DNA from: Camelus dromedarius
Lineage: Eukaryota
Direction of reading: 5' to 3'
Length of the DNA: 64,000 nucleotides
NCBI RefSeq assembly: GCF_036321535.1
Contig: NC_087436.1
Location: 41,728,001 to 41,792,000 of the forward strand
Under the pieces are notes generated by a model that saw only the letters and a program-made list of their open reading frames with translations, made no database searches and was not told where the DNA came from. Shown piece by piece: positions 49,858 through 62,639 of this stretch (position 1 is its first letter; every line of letters begins with the position of its first letter). The translations under genes and the position numbers were made by a program.

Positions 49858-52270
49858 CCAAAGCTGATTGCTAGTGGCCTGTGGAACAAGGTGATGCATA
49901 GACACAGCACCCACTGAACCCTTTGTTTCATTGTTCCTCTTGCCCTTACCCTGGGCCTTTGGTAAGTGACTCTCAGATCTGCGCACCACCTTCTTGCGTG
50001 CAGGTCTCTGATCCAAACACACTTTGTGTGTATGTGTGTGTGTGTATAATGTGTGTGTGTGTGTATATATACACACATAAATATACATACATTGTATATA
50101 TATACACACACATATGCATATAAAAACATACATTTTATCTATATAGTTCCCAGAAAGGTTCTAGGTCCCTTGAAAAGTTCCAGGATAGTAATACCAGGAG
50201 CCTTCACTGTGTGGCAGCTAGTAGGGGACTCACAAAGCCTTGAGGTAAGTTCACAGCATAAACCACTAGGGGACTTGGAGAAATACATTAAGACAAGAAA
50301 TTCAGACTGTGTCAATCATCAAAATCTAAGTAGACACAGTTCAGGCCATTAAAAGCTATCAGGGCAGATACCACTGCAAAGAAATGTTTTTGTGAAAGGA
50401 GTAATAGATCTGTTGCTAATGGGAATCTCGGAAGCCAAAGCCGCAAAATTGGTGGTCAGGAGTCAAGTACTTAAAAGCTGTTAGAGCACTCCCGTCTAAC
50501 TCTAAGACTGCTGTGCCAGGATAAGTTGGTCATGGAACAGGTTAGAGTGACACTAGGTCACCACCAACCTCAAAAAACTTTCCATGCAACAAGGTAAAAC
50601 ACCACAAAATCCCCAAGCCAGTGGCATGTTTCTAATAGGTATTAATTTAGCTCTGAGAGACCCAAAGTTTAGCTAAGGAAATGGGAATCTTCAAGTTACA
50701 AAGAATTGAATATACCACCTTCTGGCACACTTGCTTATTTTCTGTCTAAGAACTGGGGTCCCAGAAGCTATAAATAATACACAAAAATGGCAAAATCTTA
50801 CTAAAACAACTTAGAATTACAATGGTCATTATGGGAAATGTTCCAATTAGACAATCATTTATTTAAAAAGTGCTCTTGAAAGCAAAGTTTCCCAAATCAA
50901 CAAACAGGATGGGGTACCTATTTTAATTGGTATCCAGAAGCTTCCAGAGGCTTCAAAATTCCAAAATAGTGTCATTGAAAGGTTCATTGCAAAAGACTAA
51001 TGAGAAATTAAAGACACAAGTGGTACCTAAAACAGAACACTGTAAGACTTACTTGGCTCCTGCTACTCCCCTCTATAACCTTTACCGAAGAACTCAGTCT
51101 CCTGTGCCTCCATGTGAATTGCCTTTCCACTCTGAAAAGACTACAAAACATAAAAAAAAAAAGAAAAAACAATGCCCAGCAAATTAGTGGCCTTATAACT
51201 CCTGCAGCTCCAAGGCCGAAAAAATAAGAATACCTGTGCCTCCCTCATTGTACTTCCCTCTGGGTCCATCATCAAAATACTGGCCCAGAAATCTGTCTCA
51301 TTTGCAACCAAAGGTTTTGTCAAATTTTTCCACACCAACTTGAATGCTCTCATATCCATCCTCAAAGGAAGACCCCTATATGGGTCCCTCCCAGAATTGA
51401 CAAGACTGTGCAGGATTCTCCAGTAAACTGCTACCAGTTAGTTATTCTCTTAAACAACCAAGGAGAAACTACAATTTCTTCCTTTCCAAATCCAGACTCT
51501 TGTGAATCCGGCTTTGAAGTACTTATTGTTGTCAATTTTTTCTCTCTCAGGGACAGCTCTACTTTTTCTTTGTCTTGTTTTGTTTCCTGAGAGCTTGGCT
51601 TGGCTTTTGTATCTAGATTGTCAGTTCTTATGTATTGCAAGCAGCTCAACCTTCAGTTTTGGGGCCCAAAACTGGCTGGTCAGAAGTGTGGGCTGCACTC
51701 CATTTGTGGCTAGGGGCCTATTAACTGTTGCCAGCTTTCAAGGGGAAATTACCTAAGTCATTTTTTCTTTTGATTATCTTTGGGAGTGGCTCTGGATCTT
51801 GGGAGAGTAGTAAATTTGGGGATTGTTCAATACTGCCAGGAATGTTGCTCTTTGACTTGGCTGGAACTTGACAAGATAGTTGAAACGATTTTTTTTTTTT
51901 TTTTTTAAGTAAATCTAAGGTCAGAAGTTGCCAAATTGAAAGCTGGGTTTCAGAGCCTGAGAGCCTGATAGGGAGTTTTGTTTAAGCCTCTCCTCTAATC
52001 TAAATGAAACTATCTACCCAGAGAAAAAGGAAAACATTCAAAAAGCATACATTCCAATAGCCCTAAATCTAGAACAAGGAATCTTTGGATTTTCATCTTA
52101 GTTGAAGATCTTCTCTCTGATACAAAAAAGCAAGTTGAAGATAATTCTGTTGGATGGACGGGTCAGGCCCTTGATATCATTCAGGTTGCAACCCAGTTCT
52201 TTGAGGAATTAAAGACAACCATCCTGAAAATTGAGGACAGTTTGTGCAACTTGTCTTACAAATTGAGCCT
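49858..52270 (+). mobile_element. ERV1 MER4-group internal region: leader, decayed gag and non-coding internal; no 3' LTR seen
   Basis: Splice donors tg|gtaagt (~49962) and gag|gtaagt (~50245); ATG GGA at 50681 followed by frameshifted gag-like pieces (PPSGTLAYFLSKNWGP.., LELQWSLWEMFQLD); contains a TG/TA/CA microsatellite at 50025-50120. Confidence 0.8.
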
Positions 52271-52274
52271 TTAC

Positions 52275-53270
52275 TTTTTTTTTTTTTTAACCTGGAATTG
52301 TTTAATATATTGTGAAGTAGGTAAGGTTGATTTTTTGTTTTACATATATATCCAGTTGATCCATGATCATTACTGAAAACACCATTTCTTCTAATTTTAC
52401 TACAGGATAAACTTTGTTACATCAGCTCAATACGTAATTTTGAGTCTTCTAGGTGTTCTATTCTTTTCCATCGGTCCGTTTTTCTATACTTACGCCAAAA
52501 CACAGTGTTTTCATTACTGTACTTATGCATGTATTTGTGACTGTGATAGCATAAATCCTCAATCTTTGTTATTTTCTTCAAGATTTTTTGCTAATTACTT
52601 ACTTTAAAGTATGTTCTCATTGAGTATGATGTCTTTTGTTCACATTTATTTTTCTTGATATGCTGAACATTTTTAGTGATTATGGGACATTTTGCATTAA
52701 TAATTCTAGAGACTCTGAATAATTGTATTTTGCTCTAGAGAGGATTCATAATTCCTTCTGCTGAATAGCTGAAGCAGGGCAGAATATCTGAATCCAATCA
52801 AGAACTGAACTAGTCTTGCTGTATTTACCAAGAGCCCCTCTCCTCATTATGTCCTCTAATTGTTTAAATCTCTTCGGCATTTTAAGATTGTCAAAAATCA
52901 TATGATATTTTTGAGCAACTTTCTCTTTAGCTTCTCTCCTTCTTTAGCTGTGTAGTTTAAGAATTCGGTGAATGCCCCAAAGTGAAAAAAAAAAATCACA
53001 AGATTTCGCCTCACTTCTCTATGCTTCAACTTTTCTGAGATCTTGGCCCTTCAAGTTTCACCTGCCATTTTAGCTCTAAACTCTACTTTTTCTCCTGAGA
53101 CTTAGGAAATTGCCAAAAGCTCTGTTGGTTTTCCTATCCTCTTAGTAATAGCTCTGTGTCTGACCTCACAGCCTTTTTGCTTTCTCCCAAATTGACAAAT
53201 ACACTGTAGATAGAGCAGCTTGCAGAACCTCAGCCCATCTCTCCTTGGCTGCCTCCAGTCCTGGACAGCA
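52275..53270 (-). mobile_element. Old L1 remnants: ORF2 3' piece to ~52610, then probable L1M 5'-region sequence
   Basis: atatccagttgatccatgatcattactgaaaa...tctattcttttccatcggtc...tctttgttattttcttcaagatt is antisense L1 ORF2; the right half is less certain. Confidence 0.65.
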
Positions 53271-54659
53271 ATTCTAGAAGGAAATTGTTTTTGATTTCTT
53301 GTGGACTAAGAAGTGGGCTAGAGGTAGAAAATTTAAACTGTTAAGCAGAAATGAGGATGTCTGTTGTCAATAAACTAAATTCCAGAAAATTATATAGTTA
53401 TCTATAGCAATTTTTGCCTTACTTTTTGTTTCTCGTCTGTATTCTGGATAGTTGAAGTTGACATATAAGAAAGATGTGTATTAAGACAACTTGTAAGATT
53501 AGTGAATAAGGATTATTAAAAAAAAATCTAAACCCATGTAAATGGCTCCTCATTTTTTCCTTTGTCTTCCTTTGATTATATTAATGCTATTTGCAAATTT
53601 ATATCAAAGCTATTTAAAATAACTACCTTAATAACATCTTAAATAACATCAAAATTCAATACTAATTCCCACAAGTGTTATTCTTTAAATTTCTATTTTT
53701 TATCCCTTCCACAAACCCTGTCTTGAGCTTAACCTCATCTGGTAACATTCTCAGTGTCCCAGATTGGTTGATTCCAGGACCTACATATCTAGGTTATTTC
53801 TTCTGACTGATTTTCTCTTCTCTTCATTTACCATCTGTTGAAACACAATTTATTGTTCTAAGTCCAACTTAAATTTGACTTATTTTTAAAACTTTTTCTG
53901 TCCTAAATTAAGAAATATAAAGGGCATTGTGCTCACATACACTCATTGAATGGGGAGGGGGAGGCTGCACATGTGATTGTTGGACTTGATCTTATTAACC
54001 AGGTTAGTTATTATGGGGCCCTCATAGCATGAGCCCCATAAGAATAAGCTTGCAGAGTACTACAAGGATTGAGAGTACAGCAAACTTGTAATTGCTCGTT
54101 ATATTTTCTTTCAATGACCTTTTATACGATTCTTTAACCATACTGCCAAGTTGCACAAAATTTCCTGACACCTTTCATAATATGAAAGCCCATCCACCAC
54201 CAATGCTAAATCGTATAATAATCTTTGCCATCTATATTTTCAATCACTTTCTTCCAATCTATATGACTTCCATTTTAATATCCTGTGTGATACACCTTTT
54301 ACTTCTTTGAAGCACTCAAGCTCCATCACTGGCTTTTTCTTTCGTCAGGCATGTGAGTCAAAACTGTTAATCAAAACAAAATGGAAACACCAGCTAGAGT
54401 TTATAGTGGTGTAAACCAAACTTCATGATAAATTCATTTAAGGACAGCAAGTTAGAACAAATACTGGCTGAGAGATATAATAGGATAACACTCAAATAAA
54501 AATACAGATTGGACTATAACATTGTTTTATTTTAGTGTATGCAAAATTATCAGAAGCATTTCAGAAACATTTAGCACTATAATAAACCAGCAGGGTGGCA
54601 TAAATGACACATCCATGTGCAATACTTGGCGTATCTATCAGTAGATGCTCCACAAATTT

Positions 54660-54964
54660 CAGAATGTTATTTCATGCTCCCTTAGGTAGAATTAAATGCT
54701 TTCTCAGTTTATATCTATAGCATTTAAATATTCCTCTATCACAGACATCAGCCTGGAAGGTCTGTGGAATTCAGTAGTCACCTCTGGCTTGCTCTCCCCT
54801 GCATCCACAGCACGGTTCAGTATCTGGAACAGCCTATGTGTTCCTTTAAGTATTTGCTGAATAAATGAATTAAGCCACAGTATTTCTTCACTAAAATAGG
54901 ACTTCCCTAGGCCTGGAAAGGGCTTGGTAATAGTAGATATTCAACTAATACTTGCTGAATCAAT
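54660..54964 (+). mobile_element. L2 3' tails (two adjacent)
   Basis: ...aagtatttgctgaataaatgaat (to ~54870) and ...tagtagatattcaactaatacttgctgaat (to ~54960). Confidence 0.65.
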
Positions 54965-54966
54965 TG

Positions 54967-55127
54967 CAGTGGTACCTCAGTATCAACAGAGGATTGATTG
55001 GTTCCAGGACCTCTGAGGATACAAAAATTCTATATGCTCAGCACCCTTGCATAAAATGGAATAGTACAGTTGGCCCTATGTATCTGGACTGGGGAGTCAA
55101 CCAACCATGGATATGGAGGGTTCACTG
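54967..55127 (+). mobile_element. MER2-like Tigger/mariner non-autonomous element with an internal extra terminal repeat
   Basis: cagtggtacctcagtatc...gattggttccaggacc...ggatacaaaaatt...ataaaatggaatagta, then cagttggccctatgtatc...ggatatggagggttcactg|ta. Confidence 0.85.
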
Positions 55128-55779
55128 TATTTCAAATAAAGATCCATTGAGTGTTTATTGCCTGTCATGAACTACGCTGGACTGGATTAGAATCACTGTG
55201 AGCAAATTGGAAATGTATCCCCTACTACCCTCCCATCTGCCTGTTCTATCCTGTTCTAATTCCATCACATAAAATTTTTTTATTGAGAAAAATAATTATT
55301 GAGGACAGACGTTTAAGAAGGCTGAGACAGTATAGATGCCTCTTGAAAGTCATTTATGTTTAAAGTTTTTATTCATCTCTAATGTTAGATATAATCCTCG
55401 ATTTTTTTCAGATTAATCTTCCATCAACAAAAGACAAGTTCCAAGGGCACAAGTATTTAGAGGGTGACTGGGGAAAAGACTGAGTGGTCAAAATCCGAAT
55501 TTACATTAGAGTTTCTCTCTCCTGGGGGAGGCGCCCTGTATAGAAACAACTGCAAAATCTGCTTGAAAGAAGACATTTTTCAGTAATTCAAGGTTGTTCG
55601 TTTGTCATTGATCTTGTGTGGGAATGGCTCGAAGGAGTAAGAAATGGGGAAAGAAATCATAATTTAAAAGATAAGAAACATATTTAAAATTCAGTTTTTA
55701 GGGTTTTAAGAAAGACAAAATTTAAATGCCATAATTTCCTAACAATTTAAAGTTAAACCTGTCATCTCCTGTTCACATT

Positions 55780-56350
55780 CTTTCTTACATTTGTTAAAGA
55801 CTTACTGAGTACTTGATATTGCATTGAAGACTGTGGATAGCATTATACAATCCACAAAATGCAATCCACGTAATCTATGATAGACTCTGAGAAGGTTCAT
55901 AATTTATCAGGGAGTCAAGAACATGAAAAACTGTTACATGAGTATAATAAACAATTGTTACTTATTTTTACTTTGCTGTGATACTTTACTCAGGACATAT
56001 TGATTCATTCCCCTGGTGAGGTTCTGGACATCTTCACAGAATTTGAAGAGCCCTAAACAACAAATAGGAATTCAACAATTAGAAGTGAAAAGGAAGAAAA
56101 TTTCAGGCAGAAGGAACAATATATAAAAAGAGGGAAAAAAAACATGGAAATGCACACATTTCTCTGGGAAAATCATGCCACCTGACAGGGCAAGAGAATG
56201 ATGCAAGAAAGGGAAGGGGGAAGAGATGTGCAGAATATTGAGCTAGAAGTAGGTGTGGAAAGACTGGGGAGAGTCTTAGACCCTGTAGGCTTTGGCAACC
56301 ATCAAGATATTTTTATGTTTTATTTGAGTGAGAGATGGGTGACTTGTTAT
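55780..56350 (-). mobile_element. L2 remnant
   Basis: cttactgagtact...atttcaggcagaaggaacaatatataaaaag; purine-rich antisense L2. Confidence 0.6.
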
Positions 56351-58689
56351 CAAAAAAGATGCAAGGTCATTACCTAGAGACAAACAGTCACTATGCTGAA
56401 GAATATCCTTTTAACCTATATACACGAAATATATGGAACATGTATTATTTTCATTGAAAATGAAATGAAATACTAGGTAATAAAGTAGATTCTTTTAGTC
56501 ACGTGCTTTTAGTTTTATATAATATATTCATGTCAAAACACACTTTCACCATATTTTTAAATTAACAAAATATGATTCCCTTGTGGTGATATTCAAGACT
56601 TTTCCTTTACGCAGGGAATTGTTAAAATCAAGTCTACATTAGAAAAGAACTGCAAGATTTTACAGGAAATTTTAGATAAATAGGAACTGGGAACCAGAAA
56701 TAAAGTGGGAATAGAAAGTTATTTCACAAGCAAATCTGATAAAATTTAGTGACAGCCTATATGCTAGGAATGGGAGAGAGTGAAGAGTCAATGATAACTA
56801 AAGTTTTTTGCAATGTGGGAGCCACGTAGAGCTAAAGAACGAGTTTAAACAGAATAGGAGACACAGATGGCGACAAATCAGAAGATACCACATGCCTCTG
56901 ACTGTCATAGAATTAAAGTGCACCTGAAAAATAACCCAAAACTCCAAAGGGAACAAAAATACTTTTTTTTGTAATGATATACCAAACTCAAAATTATTTA
57001 CTGTTCTTTTTATTGATTTTTAAAAATTACATTAAAAACCTCATTATTGTAGAACATCATGAACTAATTGATATTTATTGAATTTCTTGTTTTTCCATTT
57101 AGTTTCCCTTCCCATTGGCACTCTGATTAGAACAAACAGTCAATAGTACCAGAGGAAATGGAGGCCCTGTTCTTCAGGGGCATGAGGAGCCCCATAATTT
57201 GTCAAAGTCAACAGATCCTCTTGACTGTTCCTTGACATGTGTGATTAATTGCCAGGAGTCACTTTATTCTCTGCATCTTCCTCACCCATCTTGCTCAGAC
57301 TTTGCTCTCCAGCTGCCACACTGCATCTCTCCAAAGAATTGAAATATGCCTTTATATTCAAATTTAGTCCTTGTGATCAGGCTGAACCTGTCACACACCT
57401 GCCATCCTCACCTAATAATAGGCAAGTCTGAGTGAATACTAGTACTCCAAGTGTATATTCAATACACTATCCACTGTGTGAAAATACTGATTTGTCTCCT
57501 GGAGTCTGCACTGATGCATACGTTTGTTTTCTCTTTTGCCTCCTCTTCTTGTCATCAACATTTTGTAATTCAACCCAGTATTTGGTTAGTTAATGTTTAC
57601 TGTGCCTTCTTTACTTGTATATTTACTTCAAATGGAAAATCACCAAATTTACAAACAAACTCCATCCTTCAGGATTTTTATACCTAAAAATTACATAGTC
57701 AGGTAGACAGTAGACAGGTAGAGTGAAATTAATTGTTACTAATTTTAAATTGTACCTCAGTGCATCATATTTCCTGGATTTTGAAAAAAAATTAGTTAAC
57801 TTGTCTTAAGATTATTTCATGAAGCATGAAAAACGGAGCCTTAGTAGAATGCAATCAGTACTTCAAAAACTTCTATTAATGACAGCTTAAATGAATGCTA
57901 ATCCAGTGTGTTATTACAGTGCTTTGTATTTGTCACAGACACCCTCAGATAATTCCAAATGGAAATAATAGTCGCATTTTCAAAGATGCTCATTAAGTTT
58001 CCAAACAAGAAAATGAAATTCCTCCATTTTTACACCTGGAGTTGACACTTGGTATCATCAAGCTTATTCATTTCACTTATTTCTTAATATTGAGTTCAAG
58101 AGAAGGCTTAAATATGGAAAAGGCACCTCAGCTTCCATTTTTCACATGTGTCTCCTTTAAGTAACCTTTTGAAACTAACTTTCCCACATCACATTCCTTC
58201 TCTTGTGTACATTTCCTGCCACATGTCCAGGAGCAAGCCGTAGAGTCAGTGATAAATATAAACAGTGATCTATCCTCCTCTACAAAAACTATATTCTTCC
58301 TTGCTGGAATATACTCTGAATTCTATGCTATAGCATCGTCTCTTAGCAGCTTCTGTTTCTCTGCTCAGACAACTTGCAGGTTGAGCAATGAAATGTTTTT
58401 CTCCCCTGCTTTCATAGTAGCACGAATTCAGATTACTCTCAGGAAGGAAAAAGGAATGTTCACAACGTTGAATTAGCTGCATTAAATATTCTGTATAGAT
58501 GCAAATATAATGTTCAGTCTATTTAATTGTATAAAATTGTATTGTATCCATACTGCTTTCTTCAGTTCAGATCATAAAAAGCTCAGGTCACTTTTTTTTT
58601 TTTTTTTTTACTTTAATAATAAAGTACCCATTGCCAAGTGTGTTTATTCAGGTGTCTTTCACAAACTTCAGGTATATTTTTAAAAAATT

Positions 58690-58860
58690 TATTCACTAAT
58701 TAATTTATCTATTCATTCTCTTATTGAAGCAGCTGAACATTTTTTCACTAGCACTGATTTTTAACTGGGAATACAAAAATAAAAGTCAGTCTTACAGATT
58801 GGTAGATATTGACTTATAAATAAATTGTTGATAATTCCATGTACATTGCAATAGCCCAAT
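58690..58860 (-). mobile_element. L2 3' end remnant
   Basis: attcattctcttattgaagc...ctagcactg...ctgggaatacaaaaataaaa. Confidence 0.5.
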
Positions 58861-59964
58861 TTTATATAGCTAGTTGACATTTCAGTTAATTATGAATATT
58901 TCTAAAATCCTTCCTATAAAGATACTTCAGTGTAAGAAATTTGATTCTGTAGACTGTTTTTTCCCAATAACACTGCTAAGAAATTTCATGTTAGATATTT
59001 GATCTTTTAGATTTTCCATTCAAATAACAATTAAAAGATATGTTTGGTAATGCTGTGTAATTTGAAGTTACTTATGGAAATATTTAATTGAACAAGTGGG
59101 GATCTTTGAGTATAATCAGAAAACAAACGTATTTCCCTCCCTTTTCTATTCATTTAAACCTGCTCTGTGAGAGTAGAACTTCCCTGCCTTAGATGAAAAT
59201 TTTGACAGTTTTGTTAACTCTTTTGATTACTTTTAGTCTTCATCCAAATGAGAAAGAGGATCTCATTTTAATAATTAACAGGATCCATCCAGCATAATAA
59301 TTAAAGACTAAGAACTCCATTCAAAATTAAATCTTGCCCCTTCCAACAAAGGGAGTCTTCCAGAGCGGACACTTACAGAAGGAAAGGGCTGATCGTATTG
59401 TTTCTATTTCCTGCCTCAATTATTACTCTCCTCTCCCCCTCACTAGGCTGTGGTGGGCTGCTCCAAGATTAAAAGGAGTAGAGGAATTGGTGAGAAAAGA
59501 TGTAAAGGGCAGGAATTTTGTTAGTTGACGGTTATTGATGTTATTTGGCATTGTATTTGTGCTTTTCGGGTCTTTAACACTAACTCTTTCTTGAAGCACG
59601 TTCAGGCTGCGTTTTTGCCTGGCTAGTCACTTAGAATTTCCCCATCAGCTCCTGATTTTGTGATTTCAACTCACTGAGCTGTTCTCTTTTGGAATCCCCT
59701 TCTGAACCTTTCTCTTGTAATGCCTTGGAGGATTTTTCCACCATCAAGCTCCAGTTGTTATCAAATTGTTCTTAATATTGCATGTACTCATTCACTAAAC
59801 AATTACCAACTCCTTAATGTTATAGACCATATGTGTGCACTGGGGTCTATGACTGCATTTGTTTTGAGGGACAGAAGTTAGGGAGGAATGATAAAGAGAT
59901 GAATGCATGGAAAAAAAATCCTCAAGGCAAATTGAGTCAAAATGAGGAGAAGTCAGTCACATAA

Positions 59965-60281
59965 TTTCTTTTTCTTTTTTTTAAAGTATTGACTTAAAAT
60001 ATTGCATTAGTTTCAGGTATACAACAAAGTGATTCAGCTATACATACATATGTATATATCTATATTATTTTTTGATTATTTTCCATTATAGTTAATTACG
60101 GATATTGAATATAGTTCCCTGTGCTATACAGTAAATCCTTGTTGTTTATCTATTTTATATACAGTAGTGTGCATCTGTTAATCTCATCTCCTAATTTATT
60201 CCTATCCTCTCTTCCCCTTTAGTAACCGTAAGTTTATTTTCTATTTCTGTGAATCTGTTTCTGCTTTGTAAATGAGTTCAC
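59965..60281 (-). mobile_element. Cetartiodactyl-type L1 3'UTR with TSD, inserted in an antisense L2 (59785-60440)
   Basis: T-tail, ttagtttcaggtatacaacaaagtgattcag...gatattgaatatagttccctgtgctatacagtaaatccttgttg; TSD cacataa(tt/at) at 59958 and 60282. Confidence 0.92.
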
Positions 60282-60489
60282 CACATAAATAATTAAAATA
60301 AAATATAAAAAGTAATGAAATAAATAAACAACATGCTTTGAGAGCATAATAGAAGGTCAAATGAACAAAATCATCATGGGCCTACTGGAATGTAACAGTT
60401 TCCTTACAAAAACATCGCCATGGGTGTTTATAGGATAACTGAATAATCATTCAGTTAGTTTTTGACTCCAGATAAGAAATACTAGAATC

Positions 60490-60660
60490 CAGTACTATTA
60501 AATATTTAACATGTGTCATGTGTTACATCATTTGCTCCTGACAATTCTATGAGATACATAAGTAAATATCATTCTCATGTTATAGATAAGGCAGTTGAAG
60601 TGTTTAAGTGAATACCATTTCTGCATTCCTAACTTCTGACTCCAGAGTCCTAACTTTTAT
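60490..60660 (-). mobile_element. MIR
   Basis: ctcctgacaattctatgagata...tcattctcatgttatagataaggcagttgaag...tctgactccagagtcc. Confidence 0.7.
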
Positions 60661-61799
60661 TTTATGCTGTCTGTTTGGAAACAGGATACTGCTCATAAAG
60701 ATAAGCTGGCCGATTTGTTAAGGTTGATTTCTTAGTGATTGGTGCTACTAATCATCTCACTTGATGCTTAATAAATTTTCTGAAGGAGAACATATATTAT
60801 AAGAACACTAAGTTAGAGAGTAACTCAGAATCTTCTGAAATTTAGTGATAAAACAAGAACAAGGTAAATAATTTTTTTATCATTATAACCAAGTTGCTGA
60901 TTCTCAAGGCATATCAGAAAGAAACAGAGAGTGGATGCTATAAGGTTATGACAGGTGCAAAGATTTGCCGGGCAAAGGGAGGGGTAGGGGGGAGGAGAGC
61001 AGGCTGTGTGGTGAGTGACCGTGGGATAGAGAGGGACCAGCAGGCTTCCTTTTTTTTTTTTTTTCCTTGCTCCACAGTTTTACCAAAAAACTTTGGTGAG
61101 AGAAGGTGATGCATAATGATGAATTTATTGTGGAATATCTGTATTTTAAAGATATTTATAATAAAGAGCTACAAAATTCCTCAGGGCTTTAAGAGTTGTC
61201 CTGATAACTTTTAATGTGACATCTCAGAAGTTACCCATTATGGTGACTAGTAATATCTAGATTAAATCTGGGTATCTATCTGCCTGGGTATCTCGAGAGA
61301 GAGAGAGAGACTGGGGTGTATATCAAAATATTTTACATGGAAGCAACTCCAATATAAAATATTTTTTAAATGAACACTTGTAAAGTGAATTGAGTACTGA
61401 ACTCTAGATAATAATATGAGAAAAACATCAGAAAAATGTGTTTGATTGCATTATAAGAAAATAGGTCTAAATTTCAGCATCACTTTTAAAGAACAATGAA
61501 ATGATTTCTCAGAAAGATATTGGAAATTCAACATAAAATCATCCTCTAGTTTCATCTAAATGGCAGTGTGGTTATGATCACTATGCATCAAAAAGGATAT
61601 GATGGAACCACAAATGGGCAATGAAAACGAACTAAGATATAAGGGAAGGAAGATTGTATCAGGAAATAGTAAAATGAGGGACTAATTTTAAATGAAGAAT
61701 TAAAATGAGGGAGATGGGGAACAGAATTTCAAAATTATGGTTTTGAAGCCATGAAGGTAACCTCAGATTTACCAATTCTCCACACGCAGGAAGAAGGCG

Positions 61800-62230
61800 C
61801 CCAGTAGTGAATGGTTATTGTTGTACTGGCTGGACACCCATCTCCCCTTCTTCCAGTAACTGAACATCTATTTTCCCCCTTTGAGAGCAATTTCTCCACC
61901 ACTTAATTATCAGTTATTGCTATTAGTTTGGGGAAGATCAGGGATTGTCTCAGGTTTGGGTCTTCCCAGAAAAATTCATCCAACTCCATCTGGACCAATG
62001 AAAGTCAGTGGTCAGGAACTGTTAGAACTGTTGAGAAAGGCACATACACTTTTTCTAGCATGGCTAAGCTGATGTAATATAATTTAGTAATTTCTTGAAG
62101 GAAGCCTGCACTAGATTGAAGCCAACAAAAGAGAATATCAAGTTGGGCGATGGGGAGAGAAAGAGTGAGCTGCTGAATTCAGCTGATAAGAGCTAGGGCT
62201 ACCTCGGGGATTTTTAGGTATATGAGCCAA
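61800..62230 (+). mobile_element. MLT1-like MaLR LTR, degenerate
   Basis: ccccttcttccagtaac...agcctgcactagattgaagccaaca...atgagccaataaattctctttt. Confidence 0.6.
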
Positions 62231-62639
62231 TAAATTCTCTTTTTGATACTTTTTAATAATTTCTTTTTGAAATAAAATATGTAACAAATGATATATTACA
62301 ATAAAGTCTAAGTTTGGAGGTTTCTTAAAGGTTATCGAGGCCATTCTCAATCTTATACAGATCAATTAACAAGTGAATGTGTAGTTTCCACTTCAACTTT
62401 TTGCATACTTCCTTCTGTACAAGGTAACTCTTTCTATTGAAGGATATTTTAGTTATAAAGTTGTTTCTTACACTGAAATGAAATATGTCCCCTTTCAAAT
62501 TCAAACTATTATTTCTCACTCTATATTCTGAAACAGTACAGCTTATTTCATTTAAGCTATTATATTTTCCTTTAAACTTCTCTACTCCAAATATCGTCAA
62601 TCTATCCAAACATTTTTCATGTGTGTGTGTGTGTATCAA

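Noticed and set aside
49819..50352. Several overlapping ORFs rich in C/V/Y/H/T
   Set aside because: Artefacts of a TG/TA/CA microsatellite in the ERV leader, which lacks stop codons.
59300..59760. GC-richer block, possibly an ancient Gypsy-like LTR (similar feel at 7480-7710)
   Set aside because: No termini, TSD or diagnostic motif I can point to; left unannotated pending a Dfam search.
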